Numbered from the stretch's first letter, positions 47,160 to 57,185 are shown. The stretch is 64,000 bases of DNA from an uncultured Dehalococcoidia bacterium (GCA_958296245.1 OY282458.1:1786197-1850196); one strand, 5' to 3'. Numbers and translations are program-made. The notes: a model not told the origin generated them from the letters alone.

Positions 47160-49655
47160 CTACCGGGCCACTATGTTCACCAGTTTGCGGGGGACGTAGA
47201 TGACCCGAGATATGGTCTTGCCTTCGATATGAGTCTGGACCCGGCTGCTTCCCAGAGCCAGCTTGTTGGCGTCTTCTTCAGTGATGGAGACGGGAACGTC
47301 GATGCGGTCGCGCAGGCGGCCGTTGACCTGGACCACCAGTGTGACGGTCTCATCGGCAGCGAGGACGGGATCCCATCTCGGCAGGGAGCGGCTATGTATG
47401 CTGTAGGCGCGGCCGGTGTGTTCCCAGAGCTCCTCGGTGACGTGGGGCGCCAGGGGGGCCATCAGCAGCAGCAGCTTTTCCACAGCGTCGGACCACGTTG
47501 CCGCACCGATTCCGCCCCTTTCCCAAGCGCGGTTCATGGTGTTGCTCAATTCCATCAGAGCAGCCAGGGCGGTGTTGAATTTGAACCTTTCCAGATCGCC
47601 GGTGACGCGCCGGAGCGTCTTGTGTACCTGGCGGTCAAGGTCCCTCACGGCGTCCTCGTCCTCGGGCCGGGCATCCAGCTCGGCGGGATTGCGCCTGGCC
47701 ATCTCCCAGACCCGGTTGATCCAACGCGCCATGCCGTTGATACCGGCGTCGCTCCACTCACCGCCTTGGTCCCACGGCCCCAGGAACATCAGATAGCACC
47801 TGACCACGTCGGCGCCAAGCTCGGCGACGTATTCGTCCGGGGCGATTACGTTGCCGCGGGACTTGCTCATCTTCTGGCTCTCGGCGATTATGTGACCCTG
47901 GTTGAAGAGGCGTACGAACGGCTCATCGATACGCAGCAGCCCGATGTCCCGCAGCGCCTTGGTGAAGAACCGGGCGTAGAGCAGGTGCATGACGGCGTGC
48001 TCGGCTCCGCCGGTGTACTGGTCCACGGGCGCCCATTCTCCGAGCGCCTGAGGGTCGAAGGGCCCTTGGTCGTAGCGGGGGCTGGCGAAGCGCAGTTGGT
48101 ACCATGAGGAGTCCACGAAGGTATCCATCGTGTCGGTCTCGCGCGAGGCTGGGCGTCCACAGCGGGGGCACGCCGTGTTGACGAACTCGTCGTGCCTGGC
48201 CAAGGGCGACTCACCGGTGGGGCGGAACTCGGCATCCTCCGGCAGCAGCACCGGCAGGTCCGCTTCCGGCACGGGCGCCGTGCCGCAGTCATCGCAGTAG
48301 ACTATGGGGATCGGGGTGCCCCAGTAGCGTTGCCGCGATATCAACCAGTCTCGAACACGGTACTGTACCGTGCGCTTGCCCCAGCCGTTGGCCTCAACGT
48401 GTTCGGCTATGCGCTGCAGACCCTCCGAGCTGGGCAGGCCGTCGAAGGGGCCGGAGTTGACTTGGAGGCCGGGTTCTAGGTAGGCGTCTTGCAGTTCGCC
48501 GCCGTCCCATCCTGCGGGGGCTACGACAACTCGGACCGGGAGGCCGTACTTTCCGGCGAACTCGAAGTCACGCCGGTCGTGGGCCGGCACACCCATGACG
48601 ACGCCGGTGCCATAGGTACGCAGGACGTAGTCGGCAACCAGGAGGGGCACACGCTCCCCGCTCAGCTTGTTCACGCAGTAGGCGCCCGTGAATACGCCGG
48701 TCTTGGGCTTCTCCGTGGAGAGGCGCTCAACCTCCGTTTGACGGCGTGCCTGTTCGACGTAAGCTGAGACGTCGGCCATGCGTTCCCGTGTCGTCAGGGC
48801 GGCGACCAAGGGGTGCTCCGGGGCAAGCGCGACGAACGTCACTCCGTAGACGGTGTCGATGCGAGTCGTGAACGTGGTCAGCGTTTCCTCGTCCAAGCCG
48901 TACTCGGATATATCGAACTGTATCTCGACGCCCTCGCTGCGCCCGATCCAGTTGGTCTGCATTATGTTGATCTTCTCGGGCCAGTCCAACTGGCGGTGGT
49001 CCAACAGTTCATCGGCGTAGTCGGTGATCCTGAAGAACCACTGGTTCAGGTCGCGGCGGGTCACCTCGGTATCGCAACGCTCGCATCGACCGTCGATCAC
49101 CTGCTCGTTAGCGAGGACCGTATTGTCCTTTGGGCACCAGTTGGCGGGCGCAAAGGCGCGGTACGCGAGGCCCGCCCTGTGGAGTTGCAGGAATAGCCAC
49201 TGGTTCCACCTGTAGTACTCCGGGGCGCAGGTGACGATCTCGCGGCTCCAATCGTAGATGGTGCCCATGCTTCGGAGTTGCCGGCGCATGTTGGAGACGT
49301 TGCCCATAGTCCACGTATGGGGATGGACGCCCTGCTTGATGGCCGCGTTCTCTGCGTTCAGGCCAAAGGCGTCGAACCCCATCGGATGCAGGACGTTGTA
49401 GCCCTGCATCCTGCGAAACCTGGCGTGGGCGTCGGACGGCGCCATGGCGTACCAGTGGCCTATGTGGAGGTCGCCGGAGGGGTATGGGTACATGGTCAAC
49501 TCGTACCATTTCGGGCGAGGGTCGTCGTCGCGGACTTGGTATAGGTTGTCCTCGGCCCAACGCTCTTGCCACTTGGCGTCGAGCGCCCGAGGATCGTAAT
49601 GCATCTCGGCCCTGCGTATCGACGAGGTAGCGGCTGCCTTCACTGCCATAGCCAT
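47160..49655 (-). CDS. leuS: leucine--tRNA ligase
   Basis: YPSGDLHIGH (HIGH motif) and KMSKSRGN (KMSKS), 831 aa. AAGGAG lies 6 nt upstream of ATG 49655. Confidence 0.97.
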   Translation of the reverse strand: MAMAVKAAATSSIRRAEMHYDPRALDAKWQERWAEDNLYQVRDDDPRPKWYELTMYPYPSGDLHIGHWYAMAPSDAHARFRRMQGYNVLHPMGFDAFGLNAENAAIKQGVHPHTWTMGNVSNMRRQLRSMGTIYDWSREIVTCAPEYYRWNQWLFLQLHRAGLAYRAFAPANWCPKDNTVLANEQVIDGRCERCDTEVTRRDLNQWFFRITDYADELLDHRQLDWPEKINIMQTNWIGRSEGVEIQFDISEYGLDEETLTTFTTRIDTVYGVTFVALAPEHPLVAALTTRERMADVSAYVEQARRQTEVERLSTEKPKTGVFTGAYCVNKLSGERVPLLVADYVLRTYGTGVVMGVPAHDRRDFEFAGKYGLPVRVVVAPAGWDGGELQDAYLEPGLQVNSGPFDGLPSSEGLQRIAEHVEANGWGKRTVQYRVRDWLISRQRYWGTPIPIVYCDDCGTAPVPEADLPVLLPEDAEFRPTGESPLARHDEFVNTACPRCGRPASRETDTMDTFVDSSWYQLRFASPRYDQGPFDPQALGEWAPVDQYTGGAEHAVMHLLYARFFTKALRDIGLLRIDEPFVRLFNQGHIIAESQKMSKSRGNVIAPDEYVAELGADVVRCYLMFLGPWDQGGEWSDAGINGMARWINRVWEMARRNPAELDARPEDEDAVRDLDRQVHKTLRRVTGDLERFKFNTALAALMELSNTMNRAWERGGIGAATWSDAVEKLLLLMAPLAPHVTEELWEHTGRAYSIHSRSLPRWDPVLAADETVTLVVQVNGRLRDRIDVPVSITEEDANKLALGSSRVQTHIEGKTISRVIYVPRKLVNIVAR

Positions 49656-49686
49656 TGCTGCTCCTTGGGAGATAGCTACTCACGAC

Positions 49687-49719
49687 AAAAAAGTCCCGCC
49701 CCCCAAAGGGACGGGACTT
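49687..49719 (-). terminator. intrinsic terminator of the T-box leader
   Basis: The minus strand reads AAGTCCCGTCCCTTTGGGGGGCGGGACTT followed by TTTTTTG. Its 5' arm overlaps the T-box antiterminator sequence. Confidence 0.85.
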
Positions 49720-49924
49720 CCCGCGGTACCACCCTATTTGCCCCTCCGTACCCGGAAGGGCCGCTTGTGCGGGCTGTAACGGCGCCCATACGCCCGGCCC
49801 TAGTTGCGTTACGTTCAGGCCGGGAGCTCCGGGGCGAGTTCGCGACGTGGGCGCGCCGGGCTTCCACCATCCCCCGTTCTCTGTCCGCGCCGGGGATCGC
49901 TACTACTCCCCTTCACTGCTTCTA
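49687..49924 (-). promoter_or_regulatory. T-box riboswitch leader with a Leu (CUC) specifier, upstream of leuS
   Basis: The minus strand contains Stem I elements: AGTA on the 5' side, the AGAGA bulge, the GGTGGAA distal loop, and a specifier loop GAA-CUC-G with the codon at 49838-49836. The conserved T-box AATAGGGTGGTACCGCGG is at 49720-49737, followed by the terminator. Confidence 0.85.
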
Positions 49925-49930
49925 GGAGCC

Positions 49931-49959
49931 AAGTTAGCATATGGCCCCCCACCCGTCAA
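49931..49959 (-). promoter_or_regulatory. sigma70-like promoter of the leuS T-box leader (TTGACG-17-TAACTT)
   Basis: On the minus strand, TTGACG is at 49959-54 and TAACTT at 49936-31, immediately upstream of Stem I. Confidence 0.5.
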
Positions 49960-50020
49960 CACGCCCCAGGGGTGGTAACCTGTCCCAAGCCTCCGGGTCG
50001 GTTCGGGCCGGCATAACGAG

Positions 50021-50050
50021 TTGACAGCCCTCTTCGTATGGTGCTACATT
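50021..50050 (+). promoter_or_regulatory. sigma70-like promoter with extended -10 (TTGACA-18-TGCTACATT) for fmdB-dtd
   Basis: TTGACA at 50021-26 and TACATT at 50045-50 preceded by TGC. It is divergent from the leuS promoter. Confidence 0.5.
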
Positions 50051-50114
50051 GGTTTGGCTCTGGCATTCCAGCTAGGCGAGTGCTAACCCAGTCCCGAACG
50101 CGGGGTGACTTCAA

Positions 50115-50408
50115 TTGCCTCTGTACGACTATAGGTGCCAGACCTGCGATCACGAATTCGAGATGCGCCAGAGCTTCTCATCCGAGCCGGTCGCAGTGTG
50201 TCCGTCATGCAATAACGGCGCTCGCCGCGTCATCCACTCCGTGCCGGTGGTATTCAAGGGCAGCGGCTTCTACGTCAACGACTACGGGAAGGGCCGCAGC
50301 GGCTCCTCTACCAGTTCGGAGCCGAAGGATTCCGGCTCCGACAAAGGGGCCGAACCCAAAGGCAAAGCCAAGGCCGAGTCGAAGCAAGAGGCGCCTGCGG
50401 CGAAGTAA
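50115..50408 (+). CDS. FmdB family zinc-ribbon protein
   Basis: MPLYDYRCQTCDHEFE...CPSCNN (CxxC...CxxC) with a Ser/Lys/Gly-rich tail, the canonical FmdB-family N-terminus. Confidence 0.85.
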   Translation: MPLYDYRCQTCDHEFEMRQSFSSEPVAVCPSCNNGARRVIHSVPVVFKGSGFYVNDYGKGRSGSSTSSEPKDSGSDKGAEPKGKAKAESKQEAPAAK

Positions 50409-50426
50409 GACTTCGGCGCCAGCCCT

Positions 50427-50903
50427 TTGCGAGCACTCATCCAGCGCGCGTCGCGGGCCTCCGTCTCCGTGGAAGGCGGCCGCATTGCAGAGATTGGCCG
50501 CGGTCTCGTCGTCTTCCTGGGCATCAGCGGCAGCGACGGGGAGGCCGAGGCTCGGTACATAGCCGACAAGGCCGCCAACCTACGCATCTTCGACGACGCC
50601 GAGGGCAAGTTCGACGGCTCGGCCCTCGACGTCGGGGCGGAGATGCTCGTCGTCAGCCAGTTCACCCTCTACGGCAACACACGCAAGGGCCGCCGCCCCA
50701 GCTTCTCCCAAGCCGCCCCTGCCGAGCAGGCGGAGCCGCTGGTGATCCGAACCGTCGAGATGCTTCGGGAGGCCGGGCTCAGCGTGGCCACCGGCCGGTT
50801 CCAAGCGCACATGCTGGTCTCGATAGAGAACGACGGCCCGGTGACTATCATGCTCGACTCGGAGGACCGCAGGCTCCCCCGCCGAAGCTCGCCAACGGCG
50901 TAG
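50427..50903 (+). CDS. dtd: D-aminoacyl-tRNA deacylase
   Basis: MRALIQRASRASVSV..., SQFTLYGNTRKGRRPSF, and NDGPVTIMLDS, the Dtd signature motifs. Confidence 0.93.
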   Translation: MRALIQRASRASVSVEGGRIAEIGRGLVVFLGISGSDGEAEARYIADKAANLRIFDDAEGKFDGSALDVGAEMLVVSQFTLYGNTRKGRRPSFSQAAPAEQAEPLVIRTVEMLREAGLSVATGRFQAHMLVSIENDGPVTIMLDSEDRRLPRRSSPTA

Positions 50904-50924
50904 GCGTAACTCCCCCGCGGAGGG

Positions 50925-52040
50925 TCAGGCGACCTCGACGAAGGTCCCGGCCACGAAACGCTGCCCGTCCGACCGGTCGTTGAAGTAGTAGACGACCAGC
51001 GCCCGCCCGTCCGGGAGCAGGGCGGCATGAGGATAACCGAGGTCTCGCCCGCCGCCGTCCCCGCGCAGCACGATCTCCTCCGCCTCGGAGACGTTCGTGC
51101 ATTCGGGGTCTAGGACGCGGCACCGTATGCCGAAGGGCTCGCGGCGGTAGCCGTTGACGAGCAGGAATCGCCCCGTGGGCAGCGGCAGAGCGAAGTACGG
51201 GAAGCCCCAGACGTCCTCTCGCTTCGGCTCGGTCCAGGTGCGCCCCTGGTCGGACGACCGGGCGGTCCACAGGTACCCGCCCCTGGTATCGGTAAGCTCG
51301 CTGCGGACGAACCCGACCAGGTCCCCCGACGTAGTCTCGACGACCGACCACTCGTTGAAGGGCCCCTCCATCGCAACGCCCCGGAATCTCCAGGTGCGGC
51401 CGCCGTCCTCCGAAGCGATCAGTATCGAGTCCTCCCTGCTGCCCTGCACGGGTAACAGTATGACGCCGTCCCTGAGCTCCATCGGGAAGCCGCGGAGCTG
51501 CACGGGGGAATGAAGCCCCTCCAGGAGTACCGGGTGGCCCGGCACCTCGCCGACCCAGGAAGGGCCGTCCCAGGTATCGCCCCGGTCATCGCTGCGCCAG
51601 ATCTCCGTGCCGGCGCTGATGGTAGGCCAATTACGCTCGTTCCACCGGCCCTCGCTTCGCACTCTATTGAACCTACCCACCCGCTCCCTGGCGGCCGCCG
51701 CCGGCAGATCGTCCATCATATTGTCCGGCACGAGCTCTTGTCTGTGGGTCACGAACAACGTCGTCCCGTCGCGGAGCAGGCCAGCCACCGCGCACTGTCC
51801 GCCGCCCATGAAGACCCTGGGGAGGCTGTCCCACGTACTGCCGCCGTCGCGGGAGCGGACCAAGCATTGCTCGGTGGTCGGGTGCACGTGCATGTAGAGC
51901 GGCTCGCGGGTCCAGGAGCGATGACGCCTGAACACTACGGCCAATTCGCCGTCCGGGTACGCCACGACGGACGGGCCCGGCCCGCAGTAGTAGCGGTCAT
52001 CCCGGTAGATGACGATGTCTTCGATCTTGCGTATCTGCAT
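50925..52040 (-). CDS. BNR/Asp-box repeat protein (sialidase-like six-bladed propeller)
   Basis: Four SxDxGxTW Asp-boxes: SRDGGSTWD, SDDRGDTWD, SEDGGRTWR and SSDQGRTWT. Confidence 0.8.
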   Translation of the reverse strand: MQIRKIEDIVIYRDDRYYCGPGPSVVAYPDGELAVVFRRHRSWTREPLYMHVHPTTEQCLVRSRDGGSTWDSLPRVFMGGGQCAVAGLLRDGTTLFVTHRQELVPDNMMDDLPAAAARERVGRFNRVRSEGRWNERNWPTISAGTEIWRSDDRGDTWDGPSWVGEVPGHPVLLEGLHSPVQLRGFPMELRDGVILLPVQGSREDSILIASEDGGRTWRFRGVAMEGPFNEWSVVETTSGDLVGFVRSELTDTRGGYLWTARSSDQGRTWTEPKREDVWGFPYFALPLPTGRFLLVNGYRREPFGIRCRVLDPECTNVSEAEEIVLRGDGGGRDLGYPHAALLPDGRALVVYYFNDRSDGQRFVAGTFVEVA

Positions 52041-52254
52041 TGAACCTTACTCCTTGTAGGGGCGGCGCGTATCGGTCCGAGCAGCATTGCTCCGTAGGCT
52101 GACTAAGAACGCTTCCGGGTTCCTCGCAGCCCTCCCTTCCTGGCCGGGAAGGGAATCAGAATTATATCTGAGGGACACCCCTTCGGCAGGCTCAGGGCGG
52201 CCTCTCAGGCTCCCGGCATAGGAGGGTGTCGCTTCTCCGAAGTAGCCAAGGCGC

Positions 52255-52785
52255 TCAGAGTCCGAGGGCCTTGACAGTGATCACGGCTTCGCCGCCCCTG
52301 CCCTCCTCGGCGTTGCAGCGCGCGAAGTGCTGTTGCGCCGCAAGGAACGACAGCGAAACCTCGACCGTCTGCCCCTCCGCCACCTCCTCGTTGACTCCCA
52401 TGCCCTGGATGATGAAACTGTGTCCGCTGTCCCTGGCCGTGACCTCGAACGTGACCGTCGCGCCGAGAGTGAAGCTGAGGTCGGACGGTTCGAAGGCGCA
52501 TTCGTCCGCCGTCCCGCTGATGGTGATCTTGGTCGCCCCTGAGTCTCCCTCCACCTCCAGCGGCGGCGCGGCCGTCGGCATACCTGGCGCCGAAGCCCGG
52601 TCCGCCCTGGGGGGCGGCGTGACCTGGAGAACGTCCGCGCCGGTGGGGCCGGTCTCCTCCGGGGCAGCCGTCGGGTTCTCCGCAGTCCCGCTCCCGCCGC
52701 ATGCCCCAACTGCCGCCGCCATCGCAGCGATCAGACAGTACAGCGCCGTCCGAGACATCATGCGCAGAGCGTTTCCGCCAGTCAT
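52255..52785 (-). CDS. cupredoxin-fold lipoprotein with an incomplete type-1 copper ligand set
   Basis: Lipobox AAVGAC. The pattern FEPSDLSFTLGATVTFEVTARDSGHSFII...VSLSF...HFARC...AVITV resembles cupredoxin strands, but the C-x-H-x-M ligand spacing is absent. The start is uncertain (ATG 52785, 52761 or 52758). Confidence 0.45.
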   Translation of the reverse strand: MTGGNALRMMSRTALYCLIAAMAAAVGACGGSGTAENPTAAPEETGPTGADVLQVTPPPRADRASAPGMPTAAPPLEVEGDSGATKITISGTADECAFEPSDLSFTLGATVTFEVTARDSGHSFIIQGMGVNEEVAEGQTVEVSLSFLAAQQHFARCNAEEGRGGEAVITVKALGL

Positions 52786-52789
52786 GCCC

Positions 52790-53695
52790 CTATGCCTCCT
52801 GACGTGGGTCGAGAGCATCGCGAAGCCCATCGCCCAAGAAGTTTACCGCAATCACGGTGGCGGCGATGGCGACCCCGGGAGAGAGCCACAGCCACAGCTC
52901 GTTCCGTATCGTGTGGAGCGACTGGGCCGAAGTCATCATATTCCCCCACGTCGCCGTCGGGATCCGGACCCCAAGCCCGAGGAAGCTCAGGGAAGACTCG
53001 GCTATGATCGCGCCCGCAAGGGAGAGGGTCGCCGCGACTACGATGAACGGCACCACGGCAGGCAGGATGTGTACGAAGAGGATGCGCATGTCGCTGGCGC
53101 CTATCGCCCGCGCCGCGGCCACGTAGTCCAGTTCCCGCCCCTGAAGGACCTGACCCCGCACCAAGCGCGCTTTCCCCGTCCACCCAAGAATCCCGATTAT
53201 CACCATGATGTTGAAGACGCTGGCTCCGAGAATCGACACCAAGACGAGCAGCGCGAACAGGGTTGGGAAGGTCATCACGTACTCGGTGAACCTCTGCAAG
53301 ACGTTGTCGACCCAGCCGCCCGCGTAACCCGACACCAGCCCGATGACGGTGCCGATCACGACGGATATGAGCGTCGCCACGGCTCCCACGCTGAGCGACA
53401 CCCTCCCGGCGTGCAGGATCCTGGCAAAGACGTCGCGGCCTGCCGAGTCGGTCCCCAGGGGGTGAGACCACGACGGGGACTGCTGCACGTTGTCCAAGTC
53501 GACCCTGTTGGGCCCGTGCCGCGCTACCACGGGCGCGAACGCGGCGCCGAAGCTGAAGGTCAGCAGGATTACGAGCCCGGCGAGGGCGAGCTTGTGCCTC
53601 CGGAACTGCCTCCAGACGCTCCTCCTCGAGCGCCTCGGCTCCGGGATCTGCCGGTCTATTGAGGCTGCGCCCTCGGTCGTGTTAGAGGTCGACAA
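52790..53695 (-). CDS. ABC transporter permease (DppC/OppC-like)
   Basis: N-terminal FRRHKLALAGLVILL, the SWSHPLGTDSAGRDVFARILHG motif, and an EAA-like loop AARAIGASDMRILFVHILP. Confidence 0.9.
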   Translation of the reverse strand: MSTSNTTEGAASIDRQIPEPRRSRRSVWRQFRRHKLALAGLVILLTFSFGAAFAPVVARHGPNRVDLDNVQQSPSWSHPLGTDSAGRDVFARILHAGRVSLSVGAVATLISVVIGTVIGLVSGYAGGWVDNVLQRFTEYVMTFPTLFALLVLVSILGASVFNIMVIIGILGWTGKARLVRGQVLQGRELDYVAAARAIGASDMRILFVHILPAVVPFIVVAATLSLAGAIIAESSLSFLGLGVRIPTATWGNMMTSAQSLHTIRNELWLWLSPGVAIAATVIAVNFLGDGLRDALDPRQEA

Positions 53696-53719
53696 TTCTG
53701 CCCTCCGTGTGCCAGCCCT

Positions 53720-54685
53720 CTAGGCGTTTACCCTGACTCTGGGGTCCGCGTAGGCGTAGAGCAGGTCTGCCGCCAGGTTGGCAAGCAGCACCAGCGACGA
53801 CACGATCATGGTCAGGCCCATGATCATGGGATAGTCGCGCTGCCCAACTGCCTGGATCGTCAACTGGCCCATCCCCGGCCACGTGAAGATCGCCTCGACC
53901 AGCAGCGCCCCCCCGAACAGGCCGGGCAGCCGCAGCATCGTCACCGTTATCAACGGGATCAGCGCGTTCCGGAACCCGTGCCTCAGCACCACCACCTGCT
54001 CCGACAATCCCTTCGCTCGGGCCGTCGTCACGTAGTCGGCCTTGAGCACCTCCAGCATGGCCGTCCTGGCGTACCGCGTCTTCCCGGCCATCGTGTCGAT
54101 GGACAGCACCAACGCAGGCAGAATCAGATGGTATATGTTTAGTCGGAGTGAGAGCCCTTCGCCGGGTACGTACCCCATCCCGTGGGACGGAAATATCTCC
54201 CATACGAAGGCGAACAGGTACAGGGCCAGCAGCGCGAAGAAGAACGTTGGGATGGACACGCCGAAGAGCGAGGCGATCCCGAGAGTGTAGTCGTAGGCGC
54301 TGTACTGCTTGAGCGCGGCGATGATTCCGAAGAGCGTGCCCAGCACGGTAGACAAGATCATCGCGGTTGCGGTCAACTCGAGCGTGGGAAGTATCTTGGA
54401 CGATATGCGGCTCAGCACCGGCTCGCCCGTGTAGTAGGAATACCCCAAGTTGCCCCGGACTATCTGCCCGAGCCAGGCTATGAAGCGCTCCGGCACCGAC
54501 CTGTTCAAGCCCATCGCCTCCCTGAGCCTGTTCAGGTCACTGGCGCTCGCCTCGAGCTCTTGCGGGTCGATCATAGCGTCAATCGCGTCACCGGGCGCCA
54601 GATTGATGAACGCAAACGTGCTGACCGCGATCAGGAACAGGAGCGGCAGAGAGACCAACAACCTGCGAAGAATATATGCCTGCAA
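53720..54685 (-). CDS. ABC transporter permease (DppB/OppB-like)
   Basis: MQAYILRRLLVSLPLLFLI..., an EAA loop YVTTARAKGLSEQVVVLRHGFRNALIP, and a C-terminal LLYAYADPRVR. Confidence 0.9.
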   Translation of the reverse strand: MQAYILRRLLVSLPLLFLIAVSTFAFINLAPGDAIDAMIDPQELEASASDLNRLREAMGLNRSVPERFIAWLGQIVRGNLGYSYYTGEPVLSRISSKILPTLELTATAMILSTVLGTLFGIIAALKQYSAYDYTLGIASLFGVSIPTFFFALLALYLFAFVWEIFPSHGMGYVPGEGLSLRLNIYHLILPALVLSIDTMAGKTRYARTAMLEVLKADYVTTARAKGLSEQVVVLRHGFRNALIPLITVTMLRLPGLFGGALLVEAIFTWPGMGQLTIQAVGQRDYPMIMGLTMIVSSLVLLANLAADLLYAYADPRVRVNA

Positions 54686-54725
54686 GGGCTATCTCCGGTC
54701 TACGGGCCGGCGCGCTGCCGGCCCC

Positions 54726-57185
54726 TCACAGGGCTGTGACGTACAGCGGCGACGAATAGCCGATTATAGGACCCTTCGGATACTCCGGCGCCTGTTGGGT
54801 CTGGACCCGGACGATGTAGTACCGCTCACCGGGGTCACGGCGTACGTCGGTGAACTTAACTACGGCCTGCCGCTCATTCACCGTGCGGTGCTGAATGTAT
54901 CCCCCGTCGCTCCATAGGGAGACCGTCTCCACCGGCAGGGGCGCGGCGACCGAAACGCTGATCTCCACGGGTATGGCGGCGGCGCCTTCCTGACCCATGG
55001 GCACGCCGCCGGCCGTCGCCCAGAGCCCCAACTCCCCGCCGGCGCACGCGTAGGTCCTGCGCTCTCTCAGCGCCTCGAACACGGCCTCTCCGGTCAGTTC
55101 CTTGACCCAGAAGCCTGTCGAGCAGGAGCCGAGCGTCCTCATGTGATGATCGGTGCCTCCGATGAACCCCAACCGCGCCCTCTTCCACTCGATGAAGTTT
55201 ATCGGGAATGGGAACTCCGAAGGGCCGCCGAACATTCCCTCCTCGGTCGCCAGCATGTCGCCGCGGCTGTGCAGGGCCTCCATGGCCCATTCTATCCGCG
55301 GGTCGTAGAGGTGCGTATGGGTGTCCCCAACGAGGCCGTGGCCGCCGAGGCGGCCGTAGTCGTGGAAGTGGCGGTTGGCCATCACCATGTCGGGGAATCT
55401 GTCGTAGACGTCGTTGAACATCAGGTGGATGTCCAGGTCCCGCAGGAGTATCTGCCGCAACTCTTTCATCACGTCTTTGTCGTACGTGTAGAAGTTTATG
55501 TGCTGCCACGGCTGCTTATTCCACTCGATGGCGTAGATGGGCACGTAGCCGGGGGTGTCCTCCCGCTCCATGAGGTCCAGCCTCTGGAGGTAGTCTGCAT
55601 CCGAGATCCGCTGGTGGTCGGCGATGCAGAGGACCCGGTATCCGAGAACGTCCCTCTGCAACCTCATGTTGTCTATCGGGTTACCGTCGCGCACCGGCGA
55701 GCAGGACGAGTGGGACGTGTGGTTGTGGAGGTCTCCAAACGCCAGTTCGTAGCCCTCCGGCGCCGCGGGAAGCGTGGGCGCGTGCGTGGGCGGGTTGGCC
55801 GGCTTCACGTCCACGGCCTGCATGGTTTCGATGCCATAGTGCATCAGCGGCAGGCCGGGATTTTCATCCTGCGCGTGCCCCCGCAGGGACGCCGACACCA
55901 CCTCCACCCGATGAGTCCTCGCGGGCATCTGGTCGGCGTCGAAGCAGTGGCCCGCCGCCAGCACGTTGCCATTGGAGGCAGCTAGCCCATAGGTATGATG
56001 AGAGAACCCCACGGGCTCGGTCGCGCGTACCGGCTCGCTCCATTGCCCGCCGTCCAAGTGGGTCATAGCCAGGTACCACCCCTCGCGGTGGTGATACATC
56101 TGCCGGTTACGGTTGAAGCGGCCGTCGACGACCCACGGCGCGTTGAACGTCGGGGCCATGTCCGGTTGGAACATTCGGAACGCGCACAGCAGGCCGGCGT
56201 CCGTCCTGATCACCCTGGGGTTGGACGGGGTCATGTTGACGGCGGCGTCGATCTCGCCGCTGCGGCTGAAGGAGCGCAGCGGCACGGGCAGGAGCCCGCC
56301 GGGCCCGGTACCCGGCCCGTCCGAGACTGCCCCGGACCCAAGGTCCGCCCTACGGAGCCACAGGCGCCGGACTTGGTCAACCCGTACGTCGAATCCCCAA
56401 GCCGGGCTGGACTCCCACGTCACGAGTATAGTCCCGTCGCCGGCCGATGCAGCGCGCGGCCGGAAGTTGAGCGGGTCGCGCGAGGAGAGCGTGACCTCCC
56501 CGCCGACTCCTGAGCCGGCGACGCTGGCAGCCGCGACGTGAGATTCGCCTTCCCTGAACACCTCGTAGACGATGGCAATGCCGTCCTGCGAGGGGGCCAA
56601 GCTGGGAAACCGGCCCTCGATCTCAGCCTTGACCCGTCCGCGTCCGTCCGTGACGTGAATCGCGTCTCCCGATCCGTCCCGGCGCACCCAGGCGCACCAG
56701 AGATTCCCGTCGGCGTCCCGTGCGATAGAGGGGGTTTGCACTATCCGGCTGCCGGAGTAAAGCGTGTCCGTCCTGCCTCCGGCATGAAGCTTGACGGTCC
56801 AACGTCCCTCGACGAGGGCCGTCCACAGGAACGCGGGGGCCGCGCCCCCCTCTACGGCTATGCCGGAGAACTGCTCCGCCGTCTCGGAGTGGAGCAGGCG
56901 GGGCGAGCCGCCGCTGCTCTCCAGGAGATCAAGCCTCGGACGCAGGGCCAAGAAGGCCTGCCCCCACTCCTCGTAGGTCTTGCCGGGGTATAGGAGGGCC
57001 TTGGCGTGCTCCCACTCCGTGTCCGCGTCCATGTTCCGCACGAACCGGCTGTCCACGTCATCCATGGCGACGACGCCCAAGACCCAACCGCCCAGCGTCG
57101 CGGCTAGGTCGCACTCATGCCCACCCTCGGCGGTGTAGAGCAGACGCGGAGCTGCTGCGGTCCGCCTCGTGTCAGTTTCGATCAT
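54726..57185 (-). CDS. large hypothetical enzyme: N-terminal beta-rich domain plus C-terminal PHP/DUF3604-like metal-dependent hydrolase domain
   Basis: The C-terminal half carries FGDLHNHTSHSS, LCIADHQ and IGGTDHH (a PHP-type His/Asp pattern). The start is set to ATG 57185. It is embedded between the SBP and permease genes. Confidence 0.55.
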   Translation of the reverse strand: MIETDTRRTAAAPRLLYTAEGGHECDLAATLGGWVLGVVAMDDVDSRFVRNMDADTEWEHAKALLYPGKTYEEWGQAFLALRPRLDLLESSGGSPRLLHSETAEQFSGIAVEGGAAPAFLWTALVEGRWTVKLHAGGRTDTLYSGSRIVQTPSIARDADGNLWCAWVRRDGSGDAIHVTDGRGRVKAEIEGRFPSLAPSQDGIAIVYEVFREGESHVAAASVAGSGVGGEVTLSSRDPLNFRPRAASAGDGTILVTWESSPAWGFDVRVDQVRRLWLRRADLGSGAVSDGPGTGPGGLLPVPLRSFSRSGEIDAAVNMTPSNPRVIRTDAGLLCAFRMFQPDMAPTFNAPWVVDGRFNRNRQMYHHREGWYLAMTHLDGGQWSEPVRATEPVGFSHHTYGLAASNGNVLAAGHCFDADQMPARTHRVEVVSASLRGHAQDENPGLPLMHYGIETMQAVDVKPANPPTHAPTLPAAPEGYELAFGDLHNHTSHSSCSPVRDGNPIDNMRLQRDVLGYRVLCIADHQRISDADYLQRLDLMEREDTPGYVPIYAIEWNKQPWQHINFYTYDKDVMKELRQILLRDLDIHLMFNDVYDRFPDMVMANRHFHDYGRLGGHGLVGDTHTHLYDPRIEWAMEALHSRGDMLATEEGMFGGPSEFPFPINFIEWKRARLGFIGGTDHHMRTLGSCSTGFWVKELTGEAVFEALRERRTYACAGGELGLWATAGGVPMGQEGAAAIPVEISVSVAAPLPVETVSLWSDGGYIQHRTVNERQAVVKFTDVRRDPGERYYIVRVQTQQAPEYPKGPIIGYSSPLYVTAL

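Noticed and set aside
52127-52150. Hairpin CCCTTCC-TGGCCG-GGAAGGG downstream of the cupredoxin-like gene
   Set aside because: It is a 7-bp stem without a U-tract on either strand, which is insufficient to call a terminator.
52226-53662. 478-aa plus-strand ORF
   Set aside because: It is antisense to the cupredoxin-like gene and the DppC-like permease. It has biased composition and no motifs.
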